A stretch of DNA of 64,000 bases, from NCBI RefSeq assembly GCF_004010195.1, contig NC_057757.1, positions 3,419,851 to 3,483,850 on the forward strand. Direction: 5' to 3'. The DNA is from Chiloscyllium plagiosum. Taxonomy: Eukaryota. The position numbers were made by a program, and so were the translations under genes. Positions 38,271 to 51,271 of the stretch are shown piece by piece (position 1 is the first letter of the stretch; the number at the start of each line of letters is the position of its first letter). The notes beneath the pieces were generated by a model. The model was not told where the DNA came from and searched no databases. It saw nothing but the letters and a program-made list of their open reading frames with translations.

Positions 38271-39345
38271 TCCATAGGAGGCGATAGATTGAATATTTTC
38301 ATTCATGCAGAAGGTAAGATTCTTGCCGTGAAGGGGAAAATCGAGAGCTGTCGGGGGGGGGTGGATGGGAATTCAGAATGCAAGCAGATCAGTGTGCTCT
38401 CAATGAGAGAGCAGGCTCAAGGCTGAATGTTCCCAGTGTTAACGGTCAGGGGATGTGGGTTTGAATCAACAGATGGTGAAAGTTTTAAAAAACTTTAAGA
38501 ACTTAAGTTTCGACCAGAATGAGAATTTCTGACCGTTTGGAGGAAGGGTCACTTTGATTTCTCGTGACAGAGGCTGCCAGACCTGCTGCCTGTGACTTTT
38601 TTTCCAGCAATTTCTGTTTCTGATTTCCAGCGTCCGCAGTGCTTTCGGTTTTCTTTTTGTCTGAACTAGAAGAGCTAGCTCATTACCAACCACCTAACCA
38701 ACATCGTTGAGTGCAAATTGGGTTGATTGTTGCAAAAGGTATGCAAACGTCATATTGGGTTCAATCATGCCCCCATTTAGGAAAGGAAATCTGCCATTCT
38801 CACCCAGTCTGACCTGCTACAGCGATGTGGTTGACTCTTAAACTGACCTCTCAGCCATTGGGAATGGGCAATAGATACTTTCCCAGCCAGCACGGGGAGG
38901 TGATGTCCTAGTGGTATTATTGCTAGACTGTTAATTCAGGTAATGTTCTGGGGACCTGGGTTCGAATCCCATCAGGGCCAGATTGAAATCAATAAGGAAT
39001 CTGGAATTAAGTGATGACCGTGAAATTGATGACAATCGTTGGAGGAAAACCCATTTGGTTCACTAATGCCCCTTTAAAGGAGCAAACTGCTGTCCTTACA
39101 TGTGTCTCCAGACCCACAGCAATGTGGCTGACTCCCAACTGTCCCTGGGGCAGATATGGATGGGCAATAAATGCCACATCTTGTGAATGAAAACAAGAGT
39201 CTGGAGAGGTGCAAGGCACAAGCAACTCACTAAAGGGCAGCAAGGAATCCCTGCCTATACAGTTCCCTCTGGATTGAAACTCAGGAACGCCTTGGGATGA
39301 AGGTTACGTTGAATGTTCTGGTGTAATTTGCAGGTTGAGACTCAC

Positions 39346-39432
39346 CAGAGGCAGCCGATGCCTTTGTCCCACTCTCGTTGACTTCAACCTTGACTTTCTG
39401 CAGAGTCTTTGCCACAAACAATTGCTCGCTTG
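39346..39432 (-). CDS. SERPINE1: PAI-1 coding exon 6 (TSEQLFVAKTLQKVKVEVNESGTKASAAS), hinge region
   Basis: Acceptor ctcccggtgcag, donor G|GTGAG. 87 nt. EVNESGT hinge motif. Confidence 0.97.
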
Positions 39433-39494
39433 CTGCACCGGGAGAGGGGAGGGAAAAGGAGATTAGGCTGTGGTCCAACCGTGCCAGAGAGAGA

Positions 39495-39720
39495 GAACCC
39501 TGCATTTCCCATGGCCAACCCACCCTAACCTGCACATCCCTGGGCACTATGGGACAATCTAGCACGGCCAATCCACCCTAACCTGTGGGAGGGAACCTGA
39601 AAGGAACCCACACAAACACGGAGAACATGCAAACTCCACATAGTCGTCCAAGGGTGGAATCGAACCCATGTACCTGGTGCTGTGAGGCAGCAGTGCTAAC
39701 TACTGAGCCACTGTGCCACC
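39495..39720 (-). mobile_element. HE1-type SINE
   Basis: Reverse complement of HE1 head and core. Confidence 0.8.
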
Positions 39721-39874
39721 TTTGACATGTTTGCCAGTTCGCTCTGAACCCCGTCCCCAACCAGACCACCACCACCCTGATGCCCTTCCCAGAATAGTCT
39801 GCATTCACACCATCCCAGAAAGGAACCAGTGAAGTTGCATGATTATTGTGCTAAGCCTACAAATGAGAGAGAGC

Positions 39875-40611
39875 ACAGCAAACGTTTTATTATCTGACGC
39901 CTATAGGACCAGGAATGTGTTGGATGATCAGATATTTTTGATAATGAAGTGATCCACATCATCAATGTGAAAACACCCATTAAGAAATGTAATTCAGGGC
40001 GTATACATGGCACCGTTATACTTTACATAAGTCACTTCCATAATAATGCAACTTTGCCTTAAATAAAACTTAGACTGCCTTCTTACTCACTCCTTCAACT
40101 GGCCAAGTGCTGGCAAATGGGACTAGATTAGGTTAGGATATCTCGGAAGTTGGACAGAAGGGTCTGTTTCAGGGTTGTGCATCTGTACAACTATTTGGAT
40201 ATTGCAATATTTGAGGAGAAAGTGACTTGAAATTGAATCAACTCTTGATATTTCATGCAGCCATTCAATTGAACAGCAAGTATATTTACGCTAAGGTCAA
40301 TAAATTAAAACATACTATAATGACTGGACTGAATAACACCTGGTATTTGAAAGTTGTAGTGTTTGCCGGGTTATCGAGAGGGCCAGTTCTGGAAGGCACT
40401 GGTTAATAGAGAGGATTGAGTCACATTGTGCTGGTTGATTCAGAGTGCACTGTGTGGAAAGTGCCGGTTAGGAACAAGACGCCAGCTAATCGAGAGGGCG
40501 GGTTGAGAAGGTCGGTTCAGGGGACCGCGTGCCAATTAATTGAAAGGATCTGTTCATGATTTAAGGTGCCAGGTAATCGAGGGCACTGGTTAAAGCAAAA
40601 GGTTTGCTATA
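39875..40611. mobile_element. Degenerate pogo/Tigger-like MITE
   Basis: Imperfect TIRs CAGCAAACGTTTT / AAAAGGTTTGCTAT and repeated subterminal GCC.G.TAATCGAGAG motifs. Confidence 0.45.
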
Positions 40612-40971
40612 GTGTATATAGGAGCAGGAGTAGGCACCATTCACTGTGATCACGGGCCGATCATCCAACTCAGCCCCCCTGTTCCTGCTTTCTCCCCTTC
40701 AATCTGTAGTGTTAGGAAAAGGGGTAAATGTAGGGGAATGGGTGGGTTACGCTTCGGCGGGTCGGTGTGGACTTGTTGGGCCAAAGGGCCTGTTTCCACA
40801 CTAAGTAATCTAATCTAATCTCTTGAGCCCCAAGTACACCCTCTTGAAGTCACACAATCGACCGGTTTCTATGCAGAGAATACCACAAGCCCCCCCCCCC
40901 ACTCTCTGGGTGAAGATGGTTCTCCCCATCTCAGTCCACAATGGTCTGCTCTTATGTCCTCAGATACTTAC

Positions 40972-41072
40972 TGCTAATCTTGCTGAAGTCGGCCTTTCTT
41001 GCGTTAAAGATGTCCGTTATTCCCAAGGCCATCAGTGGCTTCCTCAGATCCACCTCACTTTCCAGGGAAAAT
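40972..41072 (-). CDS. SERPINE1: PAI-1 coding exon 5 (KFSLESEVDLRKPLMALGITDIFNARKADFSKIS)
   Basis: Not in the ORF track; translated by hand. Acceptor ttctcttggcag, donor A|GTAAG. 101 nt, phase 2-1. Confidence 0.96.
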
Positions 41073-41539
41073 CTGCCAAGAGAAGGAGAGAGAAAATGAA
41101 TATGTATAAACACGGTGGTGAAAACGCTTAGTGAAGATTTTACCCCAGTGTTCGAAGCCCCCGATTCAATTAAACGGAGGTCGTCACCATCAGGTTTATT
41201 TTACAATTGACCCGTCTCGGATTTATTTTGGTGCATCTCCAAGGATGTCATATCCCGAGGTGGGATTTGAACTGGGTGAGGTGGTGGGCTCAGCAATGAT
41301 GCCACTGGACTGACCATCCAGCATCTTCCCACAGCAGGGGGATGGTGAAATCTCAATTTGATTTAGATCGCCCCCTGATGGTGACCGTGTAACAGCAGTT
41401 GATTTCTGTAAAAGCTGCCAACCTGGTTCACAAATGGATCTGCTGTCCTAGTCTACACGTGACTCCAGGCCTGCAGCGATGTGATTGGCTCTTAGCTGCC
41501 CCTTTCAACAAGCCCGGCTGGTGAAGGGCAATTGAGGAT

Positions 41540-42085
41540 AGGAGTTGGGGGCCTCATGTTGCAGCTGTACAGGACATATTTAGGGCCACTTTTGGAATAC
41601 TGTGTTCAATTCTGGTCTCCCTGCTTTAGGAAGGCTTGTATTAAACTGGAAAGAGTGCAGAAAGGATATTACCAGGACTGGAGGGTTTGAGCAAGAGGGA
41701 GATGCTGGATAGGCTTGGGCTATTCTCTCTGAAGAATGAGGGAAGACCTTACAGAAGTTTATAAAATGAAGGGCATGGATAGGGTGAATAGCCAAGGTCT
41801 TTTCCCCAGGGTAGGGGAGTCCAAAGCTCGAGGGCATTGGTTTAGTGCAAGAGGGCAAGATTTAAAAGGGACCGGAGGGGAAACTTCTTCACAGAGGGTG
41901 GTGCGTGTATGGAATGAGATGCCAAAGGAAGGGATAGAGGCTGGCACAATGATAACATCTGAAAGAAATAGGGACAGGTATGTGAATAGGAAGGGTTTAG
42001 ATGGACATGCTGGCAAATGGTACTAGATTAGTTCAGGAAATCTGGTGGGCATGGATGAGTCAGGCTGAAGGGTCTGTTTCTCTGA
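41540..42085 (+). mobile_element. CR1 3' fragment
   Basis: ORF 41736-42026. Confidence 0.9.
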
Positions 42086-42508
42086 CCCTGTAAATGCCTA
42101 CATCCCAGCACAAATACTTTAAAAGAAAACTACCCTCTCAACACAGTGTCAATGCACTCCGAGAGACAGGCAGGCAAGAGTTAAATCTCCTGGGTTAGTC
42201 AAAGATTCTATCTGTATGATTTTATATTCAAGTCTGAATTAGACAGATTTCTATGTTAGCATAAATGCAGGAGGGGGCACAGGTTAAGGGTGATGGACTG
42301 AAAGGTCAAAACCAGATCGAACTAGGTAGAACTGGCTCGAGGGGCCGAATGGTCTACCGTGTGCCCAGGCCAGCTAGGCCGGAGGTCTGTCCGGGCACAG
42401 GGACTAACCTCCCTGCCTACCCCCAAGGGTAACCAGGAAGCCCATGGACCCCAGCTCTGGACAAGTGCTGCCCCTTGCGCACACGGCAACCCCATCCCCC
42501 TCACTTAC

Positions 42509-42707
42509 TTGGGCAGGACGAGTTGGCGCTTGACGGTCTCAAGGCTTTGCGCCCACTCGTCGACCAGCGAGGCGGTGATGATGTCTGTGAGGGCGGACAG
42601 GGGCACCTTCTTGTAGATGGGCGCCACGATGTACATGCTGAGGGTCTCGCCGTGGTAGGGCAGCTCGATCACGTCGTAGTCCACGCCGCTGGGGGTCACA
42701 AACTCGC
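42509..42707 (-). CDS. SERPINE1: PAI-1 coding exon 4 (EFVTPSGVDYDVIELPYHGETLSM...RQLVLP)
   Basis: Acceptor tttctctccacag, donor AA|GTAAG. 199 nt. ELPYHG motif. Confidence 0.97.
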
Positions 42708-43614
42708 CTGTGGAGAGAAAACAACGGCATTGGTGACCAGGCCCAATGTGACAAGCTGAGTCTGGTAAACTTGGTCGGCACATACAAGACGGACCGAAGG
42801 GTCTCTTTCCTTGCCTGGACGACTCAGACTAAAGGTACTAAGGGATTCTATCTCCTAGAGGTTGGAGCGTAGTTGGAATTTCTTGCTACCAAGAACTGGG
42901 GAGAGGGGTGCGCAGAGTCCTTGTGTATAATTGAAGGCTGCAACAAACTCTTGATCAAGGGTACAGGAAAAGGGGCAGGAAAGTGGACATGAGGAATGTT
43001 AGATTGGCCAGGATCCTATTGGAGGGGCCGAATGGCCTACTCCTGTTCCTTACGGTCTTGCCCATTGGTCCGGATCCTTCATGATATTATGAACATCTCT
43101 GCTGTTACGGAACTGGGGCCTGGGAGCCGCAGCTTTGAGTCAGAGCAGAGAAACTGCATTGACATGGTGCCTTTTCATGCCCCAGGCGCGTTTCACAGCC
43201 CACTGAGTCAGCGGGGAGTGAAGAAAGGTGGGGAATTAGGTAGCAGGCAGAGGTGTTCTAGCATGGATTCGATGGGCAGAATAGCCGGTGCTGCAGATGT
43301 GCTCAACCACGGCCTCCCCTCCTGAACTGGTCTGGTTTCATCTCTTCGTTGCCTCCCCCAGTTCTGGGGTTAGCTGCATTTGGGATGTGTCACCTCTGTG
43401 CACCCCCCCCCCCAATTGGCAGCACTGACGCTGGTGAATTCCCAGGAGAGTTAGCAGACCACGAGGAAGAGGTGGATCTTCCAGAGCGGCTGGTGAGGGA
43501 CCAGGAGTTTCAGGGAGGGAATCTCAGGAGTCACGTATCCAAGCAGCTGAGAGGGGAACAACAGAGGGGGAAGGCAAACACATGCACTCAGAGTGGAGGA
43601 AGTAGTTAACTCAC

Positions 43615-43812
43615 TGGCATTCAGCTTGGCGCTCTGCGACATCATGGGCACTAGGATCTTAGTGCCATCCTCCTTGTAGAATACCCTCTGGTGGGTGGCC
43701 TCAATAGGGAATGGCAGCTTCCAGAGCCCCTTGAAGTAGACGGCGTTGATCAGAACCATGCGGGTCAGAACCGGGTCAAGCACATCTGGGCGGAGAAATT
43801 TGGGGATCATGC
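43615..43812 (-). CDS. SERPINE1: PAI-1 coding exon 3 (GMIPKFL...TRMVLINAVYFKGLWK...VPMMSQSAKLNA)
   Basis: Acceptor ccccaatccag, donor A|GTGAG. 198 nt. Serpin NAVYFKGLW and VPMM motifs. Confidence 0.97.
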
Positions 43813-43974
43813 CTGGATTGGGGAAGGACCAAGACAACCAGAAATCCAATTAGCAACACAATGCTAAAACCCAGATCACCCCCATCCCTAACAAGTTTGG
43901 TTTTGAAGTAATAATCTTTCCCAATATTACCCTCAGCACCATAAGCTCAAATTTTACCTTGTTACCTGATTACC

Positions 43975-44332
43975 CCCAGGACAGAGACATTATGGGGTTA
44001 GATAAAGAGTAAAGCTCCCTTTACACTGTCCCCTTATCAAAAACCCCCCAGATAGAGTCAGCATGGGATTAGATACACAGTAAAGCTCCTTTTACACTGA
44101 CCTCCATATCAAATACTCAGAACAGAGTCAGCATGGGTAAAGCTCCCTCTACACTGTCACCCGATCAAATACTCCCAGGTCAGGGACAGCACAGGATTAG
44201 ATACAGAGTAAAGCTCCTCTCCACACTAACCTCCCATCAAATACTCCCAGGACAGGGACAACACGGGGTTAGATACAGAGTAAAGCTCCCTCTACACTGT
44301 CCCCCATCAAACACTCCCAGGACAGGGACAGC
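43975..44332. repeat. Minisatellite of about 70 bp (GGGTTAGATACAGAGTAAAGCTCCCTCTACACTGTCCCCCATCAAACACTCCCAGGACAGGGACAGCAC)
   Basis: About 5 units in a SERPINE1 intron. The same family occurs at 60405-60800. Confidence 0.9.
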
Positions 44333-44397
44333 TGCCCAATCCCATCCCTCCGAGTTGGTGCTACATAGATGGAGCAGTACAGTGGCTGAGAACCCAC

Positions 44398-44631
44398 CTC
44401 TGGTTTGTATTTCCACCCATTTGTTGATGAGGTAGGTAGCCATGGCGGCATCCTGGAAGTAGATCTGTTTGGGCCAGCTGTTGAATGCCCGGCGATAATT
44501 TTTCAAGTAGGCATTTGGGAGCTGCATATTCCTCTGGATGAACACACTGTTGGCCGAGTAGACAATGTCACGGTTGCTCTTGGCGGTCAGATCTTTCTGG
44601 AGATGTCTCAGGGCCAGCGGCACACCCTTGT
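44398..44631 (-). CDS. SERPINE1: PAI-1 coding exon 2 (DKGVPLALRHLQKDL...INKWVEIQTR)
   Basis: Acceptor tttctctgggcag, donor G|GTGGG. 234 nt, phase 1-1. Resembles human DKGMAPALRHLYKEL...INDWVKTHTK. Confidence 0.96.
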
Positions 44632-44939
44632 CTGCCCAGAGAAAGAAGAAATCCAATTGAGTCCGGAGCTCCAGATACCTGGGTCCTGCCCGTGTCTCTT
44701 TAAAGACACCCGTTCCCTGGACAAATATTTGTCCATCTGATCCAAAGACTCACCCTTCCATTCCGGTTTGATGCTCGCCTTGGCAACTCCCCCCTCCACC
44801 CCCCAGCTCCAGCTCCTCCATTCCCAAGCCACCGTCACTGCCTGGCAACTAGCTGTTATCTGAATGCAAATTGTTGTTATGGAGTGAAGTCCTAACAGGG
44901 TGCAACATATTGAAGATCTCCATGTACCTCACCAAAGGG

Positions 44940-45135
44940 AGGTCCGAGAGACAGATTGAGAGAACGCAGGTGAAAAATAGAGAGAGAGAAAGATATGGAG
45001 AGAGTAAGGGACAGAGAAAGAGACATAGGGAGATAGAGAGAAAGGGACAGAGAGAGAAAGACCGAGAGGAGAGAGAGAAAGGGACAGAGAAAAAAAACGA
45101 TATAGAGAGAAAGAGACAGTGAGAAAGAAAGAGAA
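44940..45135. repeat. GA-rich simple repeat
   Basis: (GA)n/(GACA)n composition. Confidence 0.9.
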
Positions 45136-46839
45136 TTTGGATGGAAGTGGGGCAAGGTCAAGAGAGATGGTGACAGTGGAGTTGGATCTGCGACATTTGC
45201 AGATGGAGGCAGGCGAAGAGGTCCTTTGTGAGGGATTGGCCACTGCCGCAAGGTGGGACTCGCTGTGGCCATGTTGCACACAGCAAGATTTTGCAGAAAT
45301 GCAGCTCCACCTGGCGCACTGATGCCTCTCTCTCCGTAAAGATGTTCCCACATCCCCAGCACTGACAGCGATTAACTCCCATCTTACAACACCACCATCG
45401 CACAAGACATCGGTCTCCCATGCATCCACCCTCTGACGAGGGGGAACTTCCCTTTCAAGCTTCCTTTGTGACTTCTAATGATGATTAACGAGCCTTATTG
45501 TCACCCGCCCTTGCCCTGCTGCCTGTCTTAGCGAGTACCTGGGCAGGAGAGAGCTCAATGGGGGTGCTTGGACCTGACCATCATGTCTCAGGCCCAGTTT
45601 GATTCAGCAGTACTGAACTCCCGCCACCAGAGGCCCTCAGTTAGCCATGCAGACGCAAGACCTGTATTGGCACAAAACAGCAGTAGGCCATTCAGCCCCT
45701 CATGCCTGTTCCACCATTCAATAGGATCGTGGAACATCGCAGGTCCACTTTCCTGCTAAGAATCTCTCTCTCTCTGTCGGCCTCCAGTATACACAAGGAC
45801 TCTGCTCCCACAGCTCTCTGTGGCAAGGAGTTCCAAAATTTCCAAAAGAGATTCCTGCTCATTTCAGACACTCCCTAAGTTCAGAGACAGTGCCCTCTGG
45901 TCCTTGACTCTCCCATGAGGGCGAAACAGCCCCTCAGCACTGACCCTTAAGAATCTAATATGTTTCAATGAGGTCACCTCATTTTTCTAAACTCCAGTCA
46001 GTAGAGTCCCAACCTGTTTAGCCTCTCATAAGACTCTCCCTCCATCCCAGGGATCATCCTGGTGAACTTTCTCCGAACCACCTCCAATGAAACAATACCT
46101 TTCCTTCAATAAGTCCAGACAAAGCATCTCAGTTTGGTTGGCATATTAAAAGGAACACCACCTCAGTATCTCACACTTAGGCACTTTACTGCCTTTTGAA
46201 TTCCACATTGCATTCAGGAACTCAAGATCACAAACAGGTTCCTCTAATTTGGTTATACCCCTTCCCTCCATCTCCGTGTCTTGTTTGATCTCAACAGAAC
46301 TGACTCATTTCTGGACTATTAACACCTATCGTACATCAGAGGATTCCTCTACCACCACTGCATTTTGCTCTGGGCTCCATCCGTTCCAGTGGTTCCTCCC
46401 TTTTGTCAACAAAGTGTACGAAAAACAAATCACCTTTCTGTCCCTTCAGTTCTGGAGAAGAGTCGTTAGCTCGGTTTCTCTCTCCACTGAAATGCTGTCA
46501 GACCTGCTGAGTTTCTCCAGCAGTTTTGTCTTTTTATTTCCAGCATCCACAACATTTGGCTTTTACACAAACTCAATCCTCCTGTGTGATTTCTTCCCCA
46601 CCCCGCATCCGTACTTCCACCCAAAATCCCCACTCGCGGTCCGGGTCTTGTTTTTTCCATAGTTGTGCTTTCAGCCAGAGATACCCTCATTCTGTCAAAA
46701 CCTACCTACACCAGTTCAAAGCCTTGTCTTCTCACTTACAATCACCCTCCCTTTATCTTCTGTTCTGCAGCATTTTTAATCTGCTTTAACCTTTTCTGTT
46801 CCTTTACCCCTCTTTAACACCATAACACCCAGAATGTTT

Positions 46840-47360
46840 TGGAATACTGCATTCAATTCTCATCTCCCTGCTATAGGAAGGATGTTGCGAAACCTGAAAA
46901 GGTTCAGAATTGAGTTACAAAGATAATGCTGGGGTTTTGCAGGGCTTGAGCTATAAGGAGGGGCTGAATAGGCTGGGACTGTTTTTCCCTGGTGCACCAG
47001 AGGCTGAGGGGTGACCTTATAGAATCATGAGGGGCATGGATAGGGTAAATACTGAAGGTCTTTCTCCCACAAGGTAGGGGAATCCAAAACTAGAGGCCAT
47101 ATGGTTAAAGTAAGAGGGGAAAAATTTGAAAGGGACCTAAAGGGCAACTTTTTCCATGCAGACGGTGCTGCATGTATGCTGCAGAGGAAGTGGTGGAGGC
47201 TGGCACAATGACAACACTTAAAAGGCATGTGAATGGGTACATGAATAGGAAGGGTTTAAGAGGGAAATGGGCCAAGTGCTAGCAAATGGGACTAGATTAA
47301 GTTAGGATATCTGGTCGGGTTGGACTGAAGGGTCTGTTTCCGTGCTGTACAATGAATGAC
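46840..47360 (+). mobile_element. CR1 3' fragment
   Basis: LEYCIQF...EEVVEAG and CR1 tail. Confidence 0.85.
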
Positions 47361-47939
47361 TCTCAGAGTCATAAAAACGAAAAGAAATGCGGCTGCTGTA
47401 AATCAGAAACAAAACAGAGGTTGCTGGAAAAGCTCAGCAGGTGTGGCAGCACCTGTGAAGGTAAATCAGAGGTAATGTTTTGGGTCGAGTGACCCTACCT
47501 CAGAACTCTAAGAGTCATGCTGGACTCGCACTCTCTCGACAGATGTTGCCAAACCTGCTGAGTTTCTCCAGTGCAGATCTGGCTTTATTGCAATTGGCAA
47601 GGTTAGCAGTCAATTTCACTGCTGGTTTCCTTAATCTCTCACCACGATCTCCCAACGCCCACATAACAAGGTGTGCAGAATCATTCACACCTGGTCGTGT
47701 GTGTACTGTCTGACTAAGACTGAAAAGCAGGACTAGACAGGAGGACTGATTCACATTTACGTCCATCCTGTTGATGCACACTTCAGACACAAGCCCCTGA
47801 GCTCCCCAGCTTTCCAGGATGGGCCACTTCCTGTACAACAGCTGGCAGGCATAAAGCTCCAACACAAGGCAGGCACAGAACTGAAAGGGAAACATTCTCT
47901 GAGAATGAGAGACACACGCTCATTCACTCCCACACAGTT

Positions 47940-48340
47940 ACAGAGAGATGGGCACACACAGATGCCGAGAGACACACACATGCAGAGAGAGAGCGCGACT
48001 GGCTGACACACGCAGATGCAGAGAAAGAGAGAGAGACAGGCAGGCACACACACAGATGCAGAGAGACAGAAAGATGCAGAGAGAGAGAGACAGGCAGACA
48101 CACACACAGATGCAGAGAAAGTCAGACAGACAGGAACACTGATGCAGAGAGAGACAGAAAGATGCAGAGAGAGAGAGATGGAGAGAGAGAGGGGGAGACA
48201 GGCAGACACACATGGAGAGAGAGAGGGGGAGACAGGCAGACACACATGGAGAGAGAGAGAGAGAGACACAGGCATGCGCGCACACAGATGGAGAGAGACA
48301 GAGAGAGAGAAGCACACACACAGATGCAGAAAGACAGACA
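47940..48340. repeat. Compound GA/CA simple repeat
   Basis: (GA)n, (CA)n and CAGATGCAGA units. Confidence 0.9.
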
Positions 48341-48441
48341 GGTAGCAGTGAGGTTCCCTGTGGGATAACTCCAGGGGAGTATCTCCGTGCTGAAACCAGG
48401 GTTACATTTACAGACCCTCCGCCCTCGGATCCCGGGCTCAC

Positions 48442-48709
48442 CTTTCAGTTGGTATCCCATGGTGCTCCAAAGCTGTTTGAGGGTGTTCCCAGCAGCTCCG
48501 AGCTGAGCCATTCCCATCAGGGCTGTCGCACCGTACGGTGAGAGCACCACGTTCCGCTCGCCGGCCGATGCTGCCACTTCCCGGAACAGGCGGATCCCGA
48601 AATCGGTGCCCAGCTTGGAGACGGGGGGTCCGGCTGTGGCCTGGCAGACGTTGACTGCGGCGGCAAGCAGGAAGGTGACCAGGAACTGGAGGGTTTGGCG
48701 GCTGGTCAT
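48442..48709 (-). CDS. SERPINE1: PAI-1 coding exon 1 (gene exon 2; exon starts at 48728): signal peptide and N-terminus, MTSRQTLQFLVTFLLAAAVNVCQA...NVVLSPYG...MGYQLK
   Basis: ATG in ACCGCCATG context. Acceptor ctctccttgcag at 48729-48730. Donor G|GTGAG at 48441. 268 coding nt, phase 1. Serpin clade E motif NVVLSPYG. Confidence 0.96.
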
Positions 48710-49523
48710 GGCGGTCTCTCTGGGCTGGCTGCAAGGAGAGAGAGAACAGGGCAGACTGCTTAGCTGTCAGGCAGACACACAGCGGGAGCTAGCTGGGAAC
48801 AAATTGGCTGCTCAACCACAACACAGGAGGAGGCCATTCGGCCCACTTTGTCTCCGCTGAGGGCTAACAGAGACAAGAGACGTTGTCCTTGGGAGGGGAG
48901 ACTGGAGCACTTTATGCAGAGTTTGGACGAATGAGAGGAGATCTAATTGTGATGGACTAGATCCAAAAGACAAAGTCATGAGGATGTTTCCCCGTCTGGG
49001 ACAATCTAGTTTTAGGATAAGGTTTAAAACCGAGATGAGGGGGAAATAACTTATCTGTGGCATTCACTCACCGCGCCCCCCTCCCGGGGATACAGAGCAC
49101 TCTAAATGTAAGGAGGAGGTAGATTTTTAATTCGAAAGGGGAGGGATTGATGGCTGATCACTGCAGTCTCTCTGGGTTATAAGGCTCCGGGGTGCAGGCA
49201 GAAAAGTGGGGTTGATGCCAAGATGTGGTCAGTTGTGTTTGCATTCAACGGCACAGCTGGCTTGAGGGGCCGAACGGCCTCCTCCTTGTTCTTACATCTT
49301 AGTCGCAACCTCCTGCCTCCTGCTCAGTATTCTTCCTTCACCTCAGAATAACTGAGATGGGGAGGAATTCCTTCAGCCAGAGGGTGGGGACTCTGTGGAA
49401 CTCATTGCCGCAGAGGGCTGTGGAGGGCAAGTCATTGCGTGTCTTTAAGACAGAGAGAGATAAGTTCCTGATTTGATTGGGGGGTTGAGAAACAGAACAG
49501 CCATAACTGAATGGCGGATCAGA

Positions 49524-49734
49524 CTAGACGGGCCAAGTGGGCTGAGGTGGGCACTGCAGATGCTGGAGATTAGAGTGGTGCTGGAAAAGCACAGCAGCTC
49601 AGGCAGCATCTGAGGGCTCATTCCTGGTGAAGGGCTTTTGCCCGAAACATCGATTTTCCTGCACCCCGGATGCTGCCGGACCTGCTGTACTTTTCCAGCA
49701 CCACTCTAATCTTGACTCTAGATGGGCCAAATGG
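49524..49734. mobile_element. Palindromic Penelope-derived insertion inside a CR1 tail
   Basis: Arms gtggtgctggaaaag / cttttccagcaccac. Imperfect 17-bp TSD CTAGA(C/T)GGGCCAA(G/A)TGG. Confidence 0.7.
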
Positions 49735-49813
49735 CCTAATTCTGCTGCTATATCTCATGCATCACGATGCAGTCCAACTCTCGGGCAGATCCCCTGCCAC
49801 TCACTGAGTGAAG

Positions 49814-49933
49814 TACACAGGAACCTCGATTATCTGAACGACATGGGCAGGGAATATTTTATTCGGATAATCAAACGTTCGGATGACCCGAAATTCAGAT
49901 ATTCGCCATTTGGGTAATCGAGGTTTCTCTGTA
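49814..49933. mobile_element. Tc1/mariner-type MITE of about 120 bp
   Basis: TIRs TACACAGGAACCTCGATTA / TAATCGAGGTTTCTCTGTA with TA ends. Confidence 0.75.
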
Positions 49934-51271
49934 TTGCTCTAGGATATCCCGAGGCAGTGCCAGGAGTTATTAGAATGCAGTTCCTTCTTTTCCCCACCTC
50001 CCCCACTGGAATCGCTCTCCCTGGGCAACGGCGATGAGCCAGTTGAGAACGCGGAAAGCAAGATCAAGGGCCTGAGTTGTGGGGAAGTGAAGGCAGAGAC
50101 CAGCCCCAAACCTCAGTTGACCTCAGTACCATTGAGAAGAGGTAGGGGGCTGGGGGGAGTGTGGTGGTGGGGGTAGGAAATCAGCAATCCTCACCACCTC
50201 CCCCAATCCGGCACCCCCCCCCCCCCCCCCCGGCGATACCATGCATGAACACAGACTTGTGTCATGCCCCCACAGTTGACTAGCTCAGTGCGTTTGCCGG
50301 AGAGGGACAGGGGGAGACAACCACAAACAGACGGTCCGAATAGACCTCCCCACGTGGAAATAGACACGCGCCACAGCAAGATTCCAGCCGCGAAGCATAT
50401 TTTGGAAGGTTTGGAGAGGTGCTAAAGAAATGCAAGTTCGTTCATTTCTGCGGTGGGAGCAGGTATTAAGACACAGATCTTCAGACGCGACAGAGGGCTG
50501 GCAGATCTGATTGGAGTTAATTATTTGAACTAAGGGTGTGTGAAAGAAAGAATTACTCAGCAAATAAGGGGAGTCTCCTGGCATTAATGGGGTAGCAGGC
50601 ATGGAGGATTGTAACAACAATTCTAATTATTTATAGCAATGGCATTGTTGAATCTGCACTTAATCCAGTGGAATAGATTAGGCAATGATCTCAATTTAAC
50701 CTCCCAGCTCAGAAAGACTGTGTGGGGCTCCCTCCCTCAATGTAGTGGAGTGTTCAGGCTCAAGTCTGGGACTTCAACTCACAACATTGTGACCCAGAGC
50801 TCCCCTAGACATACGGAGTGCAAAAATAAACAGAACTGGAACAAAGTCACCTCCTGGTGGACACAGAATTAGACCTCTGTCCCCCACCCCGGTCGCAAAC
50901 CAATCTCAAGAGGGACTGGGTAAGAGCCCAGCTGTGTTGTCCTTTGTAACAAAACTGATCTCTCTCCAGACACCTCCACCCCTGCTCTTTCTCAGAGGCA
51001 GTCCCAGCCAAGCTCATCAGTAGACACGACAAACATACACATCTCTCATATGCACAGTTCCTCTGAATCACACCAACACACACTGTCTCTCACATACACT
51101 CTCTCTTGATCACACTCACATTGACAGACACACACACTCTAACACACATACATTCTCTCAATCACGCCAACAGACACATACTCTGTCACTCAGATGTGCA
51201 CACACACGTGCACACTCTCACACATACACTCTCACTATCTCTCTCCCTCCCCAGTAGCACAGCGATCTTAG

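Noticed and set aside
47757..48441. Long SL/CV/RE-rich ORFs (also 44871-45429)
   Set aside because: Translations of GA/CA microsatellites.
36109..48709. SERPINE2 or SERPINE3 identity
   Set aside because: The R-MAP reactive centre and GQVMEP C-terminus fit SERPINE1.
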